Shown here piece by piece: positions 16,552 to 33,595 of a stretch of DNA of 64,000 bases. The notes beneath the pieces are model-generated. The model was not told the origin of the DNA and ran no database searches. It worked only from the letters and a program-made list of their open reading frames with translations. Source of the stretch: Escherichia coli (lineage in GTDB: Bacteria; Pseudomonadota; Gammaproteobacteria; Enterobacterales; Enterobacteriaceae); assembly GCF_044324785.1 (NCBI RefSeq), contig NZ_CP172127.1. One strand, written 5' to 3'. The translations under genes were made by a program, and so were the position numbers. How positions within the stretch are numbered: the first letter of the stretch is position 1; each line of letters begins with the position of its first letter.

Positions 16552-16861
16552 TATTCCTTGTTATACACATTACGAAAAATAAGACATTTAAGATCATCAA
16601 AAGAGGAAAGTAAATGTATTGCGTATAAAGGAATAGATTAAATTTATTAAAATTCATGTGGAAAATAATTTATAAAAATACATCATTAAAACATATGTAT
16701 TAATTTTATATTTATTTCGCAGCCAAACAGGATAAACATCAGTCAGGACAAAGACGTAAAATTTAAGATGAAAGAATATCTGCCGCTTTGATAATCCCAA
16801 AGAGCAAAAGCATCCGACAGCGAGGTGCCGTTATGTTCTGTGAAAGTGGAGAAGGTAACCG

Positions 16862-17053
16862 CTAACGTTGTACCGGTGATTCGACGGAGAGTGTGGATTG
16901 CTGAGCTTCTTTTTTGCTCTGATGGTGCTGCCATGCACCGACGGACGAGTAGATAAAACGGCCAAAGAAGAAGATAAAGCTGATGAGCAGTACGATACGG
17001 GTCATGCGACTGTTAAATCGGTGTCGTTTTCGCATACTGGTTGCCTGACTCAC
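16862..17053 (-). CDS. yfgG: YfgG small membrane protein, 63 aa
   Basis: ORF track; synteny. Confidence 0.7.
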   Translation of the reverse strand: MSQATSMRKRHRFNSRMTRIVLLISFIFFFGRFIYSSVGAWQHHQSKKEAQQSTLSVESPVQR

Positions 17054-17301
17054 AAAAGGTTCCTTGAAGTATGTCCCACGCTGTGGACGGTACTTACATT
17101 AAGGCACAACAGGACAAAATGGTCAATTCTTCGTTATGTAAAAAAGCGTCAGTGGATACATATTTTAATGTTATGGAAGTTAATTTAATTATTTACAATG
17201 ATGATGTAATAATGATGAATTAACATGATAAACGTAATAATTCATTAATCAGGGTTATTTTGTTTGATATATATCAATTGGAACTTTCATATGACACTTA
17301 G

Positions 17302-18496
<1,195 letters not shown>

Positions 18497-18603
18497 TTAG
18501 AATCAATGCTCTCTATAGTGATGAATAATCATCATTCGAAGTCAGGTGGGATGCCTGTCTGAATACACCTCCTTCAGGATGTGGGGGATTCTGCTGAGCA
18601 TCT

Positions 18604-20847
18604 ATGAAACTGAATGCAACCTATATAAAAATACGTGATAAATGGTGGGGGCTTCCGCTGTTCCTGCCTTCTTTAATCTTGCCCATTTTCGCCCACATTA
18701 ATACTTTCGCGCATATTTCTTCCGGTGGGGTTTTTCTCTTTTATCTGCCTCTGGCACTGATGATCAGCATGATGATGTTTTTCAGCTGGGCGGCATTGCC
18801 AGGGATCGCCTTAGGGATTTTTGTCCGCAAATATGCAGAGCTGGGTTTTTACGAAACGCTCTCATTAACGGCTAATTTTATTATCATTATCATTCTCTGT
18901 TGGGGCGGTTACAGGGTCTTTACTCCCCGGCGTAACAACGTTTCACATGGTGATACCCGTTTAATTTCCCAGCGTATATTCTGGCAGATTGTGTTTCCTG
19001 CAACGCTGTTTCTGATACTTTTCCAGTTTGCCGCATTTGTAGGATTACTGGCGAGTAGAGAAAATCTGGTCGGCGTCATGCCTTTTAACCTCGGGACATT
19101 AATCAATTATCAGGCCTTACTGGTGGGTAATCTGATCGGTGTCCCGCTGTGCTACTTCATCATTCGAGTGGTGCGAAATCCGTTTTATTTACGTAGCTAT
19201 TATTCGCAATTAAAACAGCAGGTTGATGTCAAAGTCACCAAAAAAGAGTTCGCGCTCTGGCTACTGGCATTAGGTGCGTTGTTGTTGCTGTTATGCATGC
19301 CGTTAAATGAAAAAAGCACAATTTTTAGCACCAATTATACCCTGTCATTATTGCTGCCCCTGATGATGTGGGGAGCCATGCGCTATGGTTATAAGTTGAT
19401 TTCGCTGCTCTGGGCGGTCGTGCTGATGATCAGCATCCACAGCTATCAAAATTACATTCCCATTTATCCTGGATATACCACGCAACTGACCATAACCTCC
19501 TCCAGTTATCTGGTATTTTCTTTTATTGTTAATTATATGGCTGTACTGGCAACCCGTCAGCGAGCGGTAGTCAGACGCATTCAGCGGCTTGCGTATGTGG
19601 ACCCGGTGGTTCATCTGCCAAATGTTCGCGCCCTGAATCGCGCGTTGCGTGATGCCCCCTGGTCTGCGCTTTGTTATTTACGCATCCCTGGCATGGAAAT
19701 GCTGGTTAAAAACTATGGCATCATGCTACGGATTCAGTACAAGCAAAAACTTTCTCACTGGCTGTCACCCTTGCTGGAACCGGGTGAAGATGTTTATCAG
19801 CTTTCGGGTAACGATCTCGCGCTGCGACTGAATACAGAATCGCACCAGGAGCGCATTACCGCACTGGATAGCCATCTCAAGCAATTTCGTTTCTTTTGGG
19901 ATGGCATGCCGATGCAACCGCAGATTGGCGTCAGTTACTGCTATGTGCGCTCGCCAGTGAATCATATCTACCTGCTGCTGGGAGAGCTAAATACGGTCGC
20001 CGAACTTTCCATCGTGACCAACGCCCCGGAAAATATGCAGCGTCGCGGGGCAATGTATTTGCAACGCGAATTGAAAGATAAAGTCGCGATGATGAATCGA
20101 CTACAGCAGGCGCTGGAACACAACCATTTTTTCCTGATGGCCCAGCCGATTACCGGTATGCGTGGTGATGTTTACCATGAAATTCTTCTGCGCATGAAAG
20201 GTGAGAATGATGAATTGATCAGCCCCGATAGCTTCTTGCCGGTCGCGCACGAATTTGGTTTATCGTCGAGTATCGACATGTGGGTCATTGAGCATACGCT
20301 GCAATTTATGGCTGAAAACAGAGCGAAGATGCCCGCTCACCGTTTTGCTATTAATCTGTCTCCAACCTCGGTATGTCAGGCTCGTTTTCCTGTTGAAGTC
20401 AGTCAGTTGCTGGCTAAATATCAGATTGAAGCGTGGCAACTTATTTTTGAAGTCACCGAAAGTAATGCTCTGACCAATGTTAAGCAGGCGCAAATCACCT
20501 TGCAGCATCTTCAGGAATTAGGCTGCCAGATTGCGATTGATGATTTCGGCACCGGCTACGCCAGCTATGCGCGGCTTAAAAATGTGAATGCCGATCTGCT
20601 TAAAATTGACGGCAGTTTTATCCGCAATATTGTGTCAAATAGTCTGGATTATCAGATAGTGGCATCGATTTGCCACCTGGCGCGAATGAAGAAAATGCTG
20701 GTAGTGGCAGAGTACGTTGAAAACGAAGAGATCCGCGAGGCGGTGCTCTCTTTGGGGATCGATTATATGCAGGGTTATCTTATTGGTAAGCCGCAGCCGT
20801 TAATTGATACGTTGAATGAAATCGAACCCATTCGCGAAAGTGCCTGA
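18604..20847 (+). CDS. pdeF: Cyclic-di-GMP phosphodiesterase PdeF (YfgF), 747 aa, N-terminal membrane domain and C-terminal EAL domain
   Basis: ORF track; length; synteny next to ppx. Confidence 0.85.
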   Translation: MKLNATYIKIRDKWWGLPLFLPSLILPIFAHINTFAHISSGGVFLFYLPLALMISMMMFFSWAALPGIALGIFVRKYAELGFYETLSLTANFIIIIILCWGGYRVFTPRRNNVSHGDTRLISQRIFWQIVFPATLFLILFQFAAFVGLLASRENLVGVMPFNLGTLINYQALLVGNLIGVPLCYFIIRVVRNPFYLRSYYSQLKQQVDVKVTKKEFALWLLALGALLLLLCMPLNEKSTIFSTNYTLSLLLPLMMWGAMRYGYKLISLLWAVVLMISIHSYQNYIPIYPGYTTQLTITSSSYLVFSFIVNYMAVLATRQRAVVRRIQRLAYVDPVVHLPNVRALNRALRDAPWSALCYLRIPGMEMLVKNYGIMLRIQYKQKLSHWLSPLLEPGEDVYQLSGNDLALRLNTESHQERITALDSHLKQFRFFWDGMPMQPQIGVSYCYVRSPVNHIYLLLGELNTVAELSIVTNAPENMQRRGAMYLQRELKDKVAMMNRLQQALEHNHFFLMAQPITGMRGDVYHEILLRMKGENDELISPDSFLPVAHEFGLSSSIDMWVIEHTLQFMAENRAKMPAHRFAINLSPTSVCQARFPVEVSQLLAKYQIEAWQLIFEVTESNALTNVKQAQITLQHLQELGCQIAIDDFGTGYASYARLKNVNADLLKIDGSFIRNIVSNSLDYQIVASICHLARMKKMLVVAEYVENEEIREAVLSLGIDYMQGYLIGKPQPLIDTLNEIEPIRESA

Positions 20848-20885
20848 ATAATGCGGGCCGACATTTCTCGTCGGCCCGCAAAGTA

Positions 20886-24498
<3,613 letters not shown>

Positions 24499-24668
24499 TA
24501 CCACTTTTACTCCGTTTTATTCACGGGACACTGCCTGGATATTATGGCGAGCAATATTGGCAGATGTCCAACTATGCCAGAAAAGGGGGAAAAAAACTGC
24601 TGGAGCTTGCGATTTACAGGTGAATTGAAAAACGCCAGCGGCAGAGCTGGCGTTTTAACTACGGGGCA

Positions 24669-25306
24669 TTACTCGTCGGCAGCGTAGCCCTGCTGCGGCA
24701 GACGTTGACCATCCAGCCACGCGGCGTTTTCGTGCATTTTCAGACGACCATCGGCAAACCAGCTAATCACCAGTGGATAAATAGCGTGTTCCTGGGTTTG
24801 CACGCGGGCGGTGATGTCATCTTCCGTATCACCAGCAAATACCGGGACTTTCGCCTGTAAAATAACCGGGCCACCGTCCAGTTCATCGGTGACGAAATGC
24901 ACTGATGTACCGTGCTCTTCATCGCCATTTTCCAGGGCCTGACGATGGGTGTGTAATCCGGGATATTTCGGCAGCAGAGAAGGGTGAATGTTCAGCAAAC
25001 GCCCGGCATAGTGGGAGACAAACGCCGGGCTGAGAATGCGCATAAAACCAGCCAGCACGACCACATCGGGTGCGTACATGTCGATTTCATGAATCAACTC
25101 CCGGTCATAGGCTTCACGACTGTCAAACGCGCTGGCGATGAGCGTATGCGTTGCAATACCCGCCTGGCGGGCGCGTTCAAGGCCGAACGCGTCGGCCTTA
25201 TTGCTGAAAACTGCCCGTACGGTGCCTTTAATTTTGTTGGTTTTGCAGGCGTCAATAATTGCCTGCAAATTACTTCCGTTGCCGGAAATAAGCACCACAA
25301 TATTCA

Positions 25307-25307
<1 letters not shown>
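24669..25307 (-). CDS. purN: Phosphoribosylglycinamide formyltransferase, 212 aa
   Basis: MNIVVLISGNGSNLQAI N-terminus; overlaps purM stop. Confidence 0.9.
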
Positions 25308-26362
<1,055 letters not shown>

Positions 26363-26407
26363 TTACTTGCGGTAGAAAAATAAAATTCGGCGCAATTCTA
26401 ACAGGGA

Positions 26408-26423
26408 AAGCAAACGTTTGCGA
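26408..26423. promoter_or_regulatory. PurR operator upstream of purMN
   Basis: aagCAAACGTTTGCga palindrome matching PurR box consensus. Confidence 0.6.
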
Positions 26424-26668
26424 GACTGCTTTACACAACCTTTTTGCACGTCTTTTCCCCAGGCGCGCGGCAAAACAATACTTGTACCAGGGCAAAGGAT
26501 CGTTTTCGGATGGAATAATCTTCTTCCATAACCATTTGAATACAAAATAACTTTATCTCAAACCGTTATCATTTTGACTAAAGTCAACGAAAATAATATT
26601 GCCGCCTTGAAGAAAGGAGGTATAATCCGTCGATTTTTTTTGTGGCTGCCCCTCAAAGGAGAAAGAGT

Positions 26669-27295
26669 ATGAAGATCGTGGAAGTCAAACACCCACTCGT
26701 CAAACACAAGCTGGGACTGATGCGTGAGCAAGATATCAGCACCAAGCGCTTTCGCGAACTCGCTTCCGAAGTGGGTAGCCTGCTGACTTACGAAGCGACC
26801 GCCGACCTCGAAACGGAAAAAGTAACTATCGAAGGCTGGAACGGCCCGGTAGAAATCGACCAGATCAAAGGTAAGAAAATTACCGTTGTGCCAATTCTGC
26901 GTGCGGGTCTTGGTATGATGGACGGTGTGCTGGAAAACGTTCCGAGCGCGCGCATCAGCGTTGTCGGTATGTACCGTAATGAAGAAACGCTGGAGCCGGT
27001 ACCGTACTTCCAGAAACTGGTTTCTAACATCGATGAGCGTATGGCGCTGATCGTTGACCCAATGCTGGCAACCGGTGGTTCCGTTATCGCGACCATCGAC
27101 CTGCTGAAAAAAGCGGGCTGCAGCAGCATCAAAGTTCTGGTGCTGGTCGCTGCGCCAGAAGGTATCGCTGCGCTGGAAAAAGCGCACCCGGACGTCGAAC
27201 TGTATACCGCATCGATTGACCAGGGACTGAACGAGCACGGATACATTATTCCGGGCCTCGGCGATGCCGGTGACAAAATCTTTGGTACGAAATAA
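26669..27295 (+). CDS. upp: Uracil phosphoribosyltransferase, 208 aa
   Basis: Internal ATG with AGGAGA RBS; N-terminus [16 protein letters not shown]. Confidence 0.9.
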
Positions 27296-27310
27296 AGAAT
27301 AAAAATAATT

Positions 27311-27345
27311 AAAGCCGACTTTAAGAGTCGGCTTTTTTTTGAGTA
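27311..27345 (+). terminator. Hairpin plus T8 between upp and uraA (attenuator/terminator)
   Basis: aaagccgac-tttaaga-gtcggcttttttttg. Confidence 0.6.
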
Positions 27346-27380
27346 AAGCGCCTATAACACATAATACAGAGGATAATACT

Positions 27381-28670
27381 ATGACGCGCCGTGCTATCGG
27401 GGTGAGTGAAAGACCGCCACTTTTACAGACAATCCCGCTTAGTTTGCAACATTTGTTCGCCATGTTTGGTGCAACCGTCCTGGTGCCCGTCTTATTTCAT
27501 ATTAACCCGGCGACTGTACTGTTATTTAACGGTATAGGAACGCTGCTATATCTCTTCATCTGTAAAGGGAAAATTCCGGCTTATCTTGGTTCCAGCTTTG
27601 CCTTTATTTCACCGGTATTGTTACTGTTGCCGTTGGGGTATGAAGTCGCGCTGGGCGGCTTTATTATGTGCGGCGTGCTGTTCTGCCTGGTTTCTTTTAT
27701 CGTGAAGAAAGCGGGGACCGGCTGGCTGGACGTGCTGTTTCCACCTGCGGCAATGGGCGCAATCGTTGCCGTCATCGGTCTGGAGCTGGCGGGCGTAGCT
27801 GCCGGTATGGCAGGTTTACTCCCGGCTGAAGGGCAAACTCCAGACTCCAAAACCATCATCATCTCCATTACCACCCTGGCAGTCACGGTTTTAGGTTCCG
27901 TGCTGTTTCGTGGTTTCCTGGCAATTATCCCGATTTTAATTGGCGTGCTGGTGGGCTACGCGCTCTCTTTCGCAATGGGAATTGTCGATACCACGCCGAT
28001 TATTAATGCTCACTGGTTTGCGCTGCCAACCCTCTATACGCCGCGCTTCGAGTGGTTTGCCATTCTGACTATTCTGCCAGCGGCGTTAGTGGTTATTGCC
28101 GAACACGTAGGGCACCTGGTGGTAACGGCTAATATCGTCAAAAAAGATCTGCTGCGCGATCCAGGTCTGCACCGTTCGATGTTTGCTAACGGCTTGTCGA
28201 CCGTGATCTCCGGCTTCTTTGGCTCCACGCCAAATACCACCTACGGGGAAAACATTGGCGTGATGGCGATCACCCGTGTTTACAGTACCTGGGTTATCGG
28301 CGGGGCAGCGATTTTCGCTATCCTGCTTTCCTGCGTCGGTAAACTGGCTGCTGCTATCCAGATGATCCCATTGCCGGTGATGGGCGGCGTTTCGCTGCTG
28401 CTTTATGGTGTCATCGGTGCTTCCGGTATTCGTGTTTTGATCGAATCGAAAGTGGATTACAACAAAGCACAGAACCTGATCCTGACTTCCGTGATTTTGA
28501 TCATCGGTGTCAGTGGCGCGAAGGTAAACATCGGCGCGGCGGAGCTGAAAGGTATGGCGCTGGCGACCATCGTCGGTATCGGCTTAAGTTTGATCTTCAA
28601 ACTGATTAGTGTGCTGCGCCCTGAAGAAGTGGTGCTGGACGCAGAAGACGCGGATATAACAGACAAATAA
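27381..28670 (+). CDS. uraA: Uracil permease, 429 aa
   Basis: ORF 27339..28670 with recalled start [15 protein letters not shown]. Confidence 0.9.
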   Translation: MTRRAIGVSERPPLLQTIPLSLQHLFAMFGATVLVPVLFHINPATVLLFNGIGTLLYLFICKGKIPAYLGSSFAFISPVLLLLPLGYEVALGGFIMCGVLFCLVSFIVKKAGTGWLDVLFPPAAMGAIVAVIGLELAGVAAGMAGLLPAEGQTPDSKTIIISITTLAVTVLGSVLFRGFLAIIPILIGVLVGYALSFAMGIVDTTPIINAHWFALPTLYTPRFEWFAILTILPAALVVIAEHVGHLVVTANIVKKDLLRDPGLHRSMFANGLSTVISGFFGSTPNTTYGENIGVMAITRVYSTWVIGGAAIFAILLSCVGKLAAAIQMIPLPVMGGVSLLLYGVIGASGIRVLIESKVDYNKAQNLILTSVILIIGVSGAKVNIGAAELKGMALATIVGIGLSLIFKLISVLRPEEVVLDAEDADITDK

Positions 28671-28764
28671 TGTACCGACCGGGCAGTGTTGCTGCCCGGT
28701 TCAAACATCATGGGATTCTGTGGTAAACTTCTCGCGATTTTGTGAAATCCTGGTTGAGGTATCT

Positions 28765-29466
28765 CTGAACACACCGGCACAGCTCTCTTTGCCACTTTAT
28801 CTTCCTGACGACGAAACCTTTGCAAGTTTCTGGCCGGGGGATAACTCCTCTTTACTGGCCGCGCTGCAAAACGTGCTGCGTCAGGAACATAGCGGTTACA
28901 TCTATCTCTGGGCACGCGAAGGCGCGGGGCGCAGCCATCTGCTGCACGCGGCTTGCGCGGAATTGTCGCAGCGTGGCGATGCGGTGGGCTATGTCCCGCT
29001 GGATAAACGCACCTGGTTTGTTCCGGAAGTGCTCGACGGTATGGAGCATTTGTCGCTGGTCTGTATCGACAACATTGAGTGTATTGCAGGCGATGAGTTG
29101 TGGGAGATGGCGATTTTCGATCTCTACAATCGAATTCTGGAATCGGGCAAAACACGATTGTTGATCACTGGCGATCGTCCACCGCGGCAGTTGAATCTGG
29201 GATTACCGGATCTCGCGTCGCGACTCGACTGGGGGCAGATCTACAAATTGCAGCCACTTTCTGATGAAGATAAGTTGCAGGCGCTACAGTTACGCGCGCG
29301 TTTGCGTGGTTTTGAACTGCCGGAAGATGTGGGGCGTTTCTTGCTGAAGCGGCTCGACAGAGAAATGCGCACGTTATTTATGACGTTGGATCAGTTGGAT
29401 CGTGCGTCGATTACCGCGCAACGTAAGCTGACCATTCCGTTTGTGAAAGAAATTCTGAAACTGTAG
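28765..29466 (+). CDS. hda: DnaA-inactivating protein Hda, 233 aa with CTG start
   Basis: ORF 28720..29466; Hda is known to initiate at CUG; CTG at 28765 gives [12 protein letters not shown]. Confidence 0.75.
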
Positions 29467-29505
29467 ACAAGACGTTTATTGTCGGAAATGCACCCATAGT
29501 ATTCG

Positions 29506-29550
29506 TCGGCCGGATAAGACGCGGCAAGCGTCGCATCCGGCAATGTGCTT
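29506..29550. repeat. REP-like palindromic element
   Basis: gtcggccggataagacgcggcaagcgtcgcatccggca resembles REP consensus. Confidence 0.5.
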
Positions 29551-29571
29551 CAACTAGCGATGGAGCACTTC

Positions 29572-29931
29572 TTAACCCACGATTTCCAGCACCTGCTCCG
29601 GTGGACGACCAATTCGCGCTTTGCCATTCGCGACCACAATCGGGCGCTCCATTAGCTTCGGATTATCCACCATTGCCTGAATCAGCGCCTCTTCGCTAAG
29701 CGAACTGTCAGCCAGGTTCAGTTCTTTATAAAGATCCTCTTTCTGGCGCATCAATTCACGAGCGCTATTCATCCCCAGCATTTTCAGCAAATCACGCAGC
29801 GTTGCCGCATCGGCGGGTGTCTCAAGGTAGAGCACCACTTCTGGCTCCACGCCGTTTTCTTTCAGCAGGTTCAGCGTTTCCCGGCTCTTTGAACAGCGTG
29901 GGTTATGGTAGATTTTTACCTGTTTGGTCAT
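29572..29931 (-). CDS. arsC: ArsC-family oxidoreductase (YfgD), 119 aa
   Basis: ORF track; CxxS/R motif near N-terminus; synteny. Confidence 0.8.
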   Translation of the reverse strand: MTKQVKIYHNPRCSKSRETLNLLKENGVEPEVVLYLETPADAATLRDLLKMLGMNSARELMRQKEDLYKELNLADSSLSEEALIQAMVDNPKLMERPIVVANGKARIGRPPEQVLEIVG

Positions 29932-29951
29932 TGTTCTTCCTTTAATGCGAA

Positions 29952-31415
29952 TTACATCTTGGTATAAGGCTTAAAGCGTTCTTGCAGCTGGCGCAACTGG
30001 TCGATGCGCGCATCGTAACGCGCTTGTTGCAGGCTGCCTAATTTCACCTGCGAACTGGCGCTACTCAACAAGGAAATGGCCTGATCGAGTCGCCCGGCGA
30101 GCGCATAACCTTCTGCTCGCGCAGCCAGTTCCTGATCGCGGTTATTTAGCGCGGCCTCCGCCTGTGCCAGTAAATCCCAGCCATTGCTGTCATCTTTATT
30201 ATTAAATGTGTAGCGATTCAGAATATTGGCCGCTTCTTGTGGTTGACCGCCTTGCAGATAAGCGTTCGCCAGGTTGAGCTGCAACACTGGATTGGTGCGC
30301 AAATCACGGGCATTTTTCAGGCGATTGATCGCTTCATTGGCTTTGTTTTGCCCAAGATCGATATCGGTAGCCAGATCGAGATACCATGCGTTGCCAGGTT
30401 CTGCCGCCAGTAACGGTTGCAGCGTTTTACGCGCTTCGTCGTATTTATTGGCTTCCATCGCCTGTAAAGCACGACCATATTGCGCCGCTCGTTGCTGACG
30501 AACGTTTCCTTTCGCCCATTCATCCAGCAAATCACTGGTGAGCTGATTACGTCCGGAATTATACATCCCCAGTGTGCGCGCTTTCGCCAGATAGAAATCT
30601 TCCGACGACTGCACCACCATCGGGCGCATCTGATTAGCACGGTTGCGGGCATCTGCCAGACGACTTTCCGGCAATGGGTGAGTCAATAAAATTTCTGGCG
30701 GACGCGAGGAGTAACGCGCCTGATCGAGCAATTTTTCGAGGAAGGTCGGCATCGCCTGCGGATCGAATCCTGAGCGTTGCAGCACCTGAATACCAATGCG
30801 ATCCGCTTCCTGTTCATTTTGCTGGGTGAAGCTGATCATCCCCTGGCGCGTTCCCGCCAGTGTACCGGTCAGCGCTGCCATCCCCGCCTGCGGACTGGCC
30901 ATCGCCAGTAAAATAGAACCTAACGCGCCGACCCAGGTCAGCGGCGCGCTGCGCTGTTGATCTTCCATCGCTCGCGCCAGGTGACGTTGGGTGACGTGGG
31001 AGATTTCGTGCGCCATAACTGAAGCCAGTTGGCTTTCGTTATCGGAATAACGGAACAGGGCAGAGTGCAGTACCACGTTGCCGCCAAAGAAAGCAAAGGC
31101 GTTAATTTCGTCGTTGTTGATCAGAAAAAAATGAAACGGTGTCTTAACCGAATTGGCATGCGAAACCAGACGCATTCCTAGTGAATTAATGTACTGCGTT
31201 AATAGTGGATCATTAATTAACGGCGCGCTGCCGCGTAGCTGGCGGACATAATAGTCGCCCATCTGCATTTCCTGACCAATGGAAAGCGTGCTTCCTGCGG
31301 AGGTTCCCATATCCGGCAAGGTGTCTGCGCTGTCGGCAAACGCCGGGGCTACCTGACCAATGGTCATAGCAGCAATGAGGGTTGCAACCAGGTTTTTTTT
31401 CAACTGCCTGAACAT
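29952..31415 (-). CDS. bepA: Periplasmic beta-barrel assembly-enhancing protease BepA (YfgC), 487 aa
   Basis: Signal peptide, HEISH zinc motif, TPR-like C-terminus. Confidence 0.9.
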
Positions 31416-31627
31416 AACCTCTATCCTGTATTTCTGAAGATAGTCATTTGACCGATACTGTGAAATATCGTTCCCACCGCGCCGCCTTTGAGTGTAACGG
31501 CGAAGATTAGCCCACTCAAATGACTTTTCAGTTTCCTGAATCCGTCATAAAAAGCGAAGTCTTTTTTGTGACATTTCGATACAATTGCGGATCGCAATCC
31601 CGCTCTTGAGGTTCAGGGAAGGTCTTT

Positions 31628-32689
31628 ATGCTCGAAATGTTGATGCAATGGTATCGCCGCCGTTTTAGCGACCCGGAAGCGATTGCCTTGCTGGTTATTT
31701 TAGTTGCCGGATTTGGCATTATCTTTTTCTTTAGTGGCCTGCTTGCTCCGTTGCTGGTGGCTATTGTGCTGGCCTATTTGCTGGAATGGCCAACCGTGCG
31801 CCTGCAATCTATTGGCTGCTCCCGCCGCTGGGCGACGTCGATTGTATTGGTGGTTTTCGTCGGTATATTGCTACTGATGGCGTTTGTGGTACTGCCTATC
31901 GCCTGGCAACAGGGCATCTACTTAATCCGCGATATGCCGGGGATGCTCAATAAGCTTTCTGACTTTGCCGCCACGTTGCCGCGCCGCTATCCGGCGTTAA
32001 TGGACGCGGGCATTATTGATGCAATGGCCGAAAATATGCGCAGTCGGATGCTTACCATGGGCGATTCGGTGGTGAAAATTTCCCTCGCCTCGCTGGTCGG
32101 TTTGCTGACCATAGCCGTCTATCTGGTGCTGGTGCCATTGATGGTCTTCTTCCTGCTGAAAGACAAAGAGCAGATGCTGAACGCCGTTCGTCGGGTGCTA
32201 CCGCGTAACCGCGGACTGGCAGGACAGGTGTGGAAGGAGATGAATCAACAAATCACCAACTATATCCGCGGCAAAGTGCTGGAGATGATCGTGGTGGGGA
32301 TCGCCACCTGGCTGGGATTCTTACTCTTCGGGCTGAACTATTCGCTGCTGCTGGCGGTGCTGGTCGGCTTCTCGGTACTTATTCCGTACATTGGTGCATT
32401 TGTGGTGACCATTCCGGTGGTTGGCGTGGCGCTATTCCAGTTTGGTGCTGGCACGGAATTCTGGAGCTGCTTCGCGGTGTATCTGATCATTCAGGCGCTG
32501 GACGGCAACCTGTTAGTACCTGTGTTGTTCTCCGAAGCGGTTAACCTGCATCCGCTGGTCATTATTTTATCAGTAGTGATCTTCGGTGGTTTGTGGGGAT
32601 TCTGGGGCGTATTCTTCGCCATTCCATTGGCGACGCTGATCAAAGCCGTGATTCACGCCTGGCCCGATGGGCAAATCGCGCAAGAATAA
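31628..32689 (+). CDS. perM: AI-2E family transporter PerM (YfgO), 353 aa
   Basis: Polytopic membrane protein; synteny. Confidence 0.85.
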   Translation: MLEMLMQWYRRRFSDPEAIALLVILVAGFGIIFFFSGLLAPLLVAIVLAYLLEWPTVRLQSIGCSRRWATSIVLVVFVGILLLMAFVVLPIAWQQGIYLIRDMPGMLNKLSDFAATLPRRYPALMDAGIIDAMAENMRSRMLTMGDSVVKISLASLVGLLTIAVYLVLVPLMVFFLLKDKEQMLNAVRRVLPRNRGLAGQVWKEMNQQITNYIRGKVLEMIVVGIATWLGFLLFGLNYSLLLAVLVGFSVLIPYIGAFVVTIPVVGVALFQFGAGTEFWSCFAVYLIIQALDGNLLVPVLFSEAVNLHPLVIILSVVIFGGLWGFWGVFFAIPLATLIKAVIHAWPDGQIAQE

Positions 32690-32725
32690 TCTTCAGCCCG
32701 ACGAACTGTTTCGCCGGGCTGATTT

Positions 32726-33574
32726 TTAGGGTTCCTGACGTAAATAAATAGCCCGATAACAAATACTCACCAGCACTGCACCGCCGATAATATTACCCAG
32801 CATCACCGGGAGCAGATTGGCAGTAATAAAATGGCTGACCGTCAGTGCCGGAAAATGGTCTGCGCTACTGTGCGCCAGTTGCCAGAAGGTGGTAGGGGCG
32901 AAATGGCGAATGGCAATGGCGAACGGAATCACAAACAAATTGGCGATACAGTGCTCAAAACCACTGGCGACAAACAGGGTGATGGGCAAAATCATGGCGA
33001 CGATTTTGTCGCATAACGAACGTCCGCAATAACTCATCCACAGCGCCAGGCAAACCATCACATTGCACATAATGCCGAGGCTGACTGATTCAGTAAATGT
33101 ATGATGCATTTTGCCCTCGGCGCAGTGTAAAACCGCGACTCCCCACATCGCGTTTTCACTCATCACCAGCCCGGAAAACCAGATTAACAAACTGAAACAG
33201 GCAATACCTGCCAGATTACCGCAGGCCACCAGAAGTGCATTAATCAGCCATGTTCGCCAGCTAATAACGCCCCGACTTTTTGCCATCACCGTCATTACCG
33301 ACGAGGTGAACAGGCTGGTGCCGCAAACCGCCAGCAAAATAAAGCCGAGTGTAAAGCAAAGGCCTCCCACCAGATGGGTTAATGCCTGTGAAGACGGGGC
33401 ATCGGCGATAACGGTAAGGTAAAAAGTAAATCCGATCGCCATAAACACGCCTGCGGACACCGCCATTAAAAAGACCGACACTTTGCTGCGGGCAATTTTA
33501 TGGGCGGCAATCCGTTCAGCGATTGCCGCTTTTCTGGCGCTCAACTGCAAGTCGAAAGAGAGTTTGTTTCTCAT
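32726..33574 (-). CDS. focB: Formate channel FocB, 282 aa
   Basis: FNT-family membrane protein at end of hyf operon. Confidence 0.85.
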   Translation of the reverse strand: MRNKLSFDLQLSARKAAIAERIAAHKIARSKVSVFLMAVSAGVFMAIGFTFYLTVIADAPSSQALTHLVGGLCFTLGFILLAVCGTSLFTSSVMTVMAKSRGVISWRTWLINALLVACGNLAGIACFSLLIWFSGLVMSENAMWGVAVLHCAEGKMHHTFTESVSLGIMCNVMVCLALWMSYCGRSLCDKIVAMILPITLFVASGFEHCIANLFVIPFAIAIRHFAPTTFWQLAHSSADHFPALTVSHFITANLLPVMLGNIIGGAVLVSICYRAIYLRQEP

Positions 33575-33595
33575 GCATACTCCTGCAAAAGCAGA

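Noticed and set aside
26642-27295. 217-aa form of Upp from GTG 26642 and the overlapping 301-aa antisense ORF 26558..27463
   Set aside because: The known Upp N-terminus and AGGAGA RBS point to ATG 26669; the antisense ORF spans the upp RBS and coding region.
28457-29155. 232-aa minus-strand ORF across the uraA-hda junction
   Set aside because: Antisense to two well-recognised genes; Arg/Pro-rich translation typical of GC-rich antisense frames.
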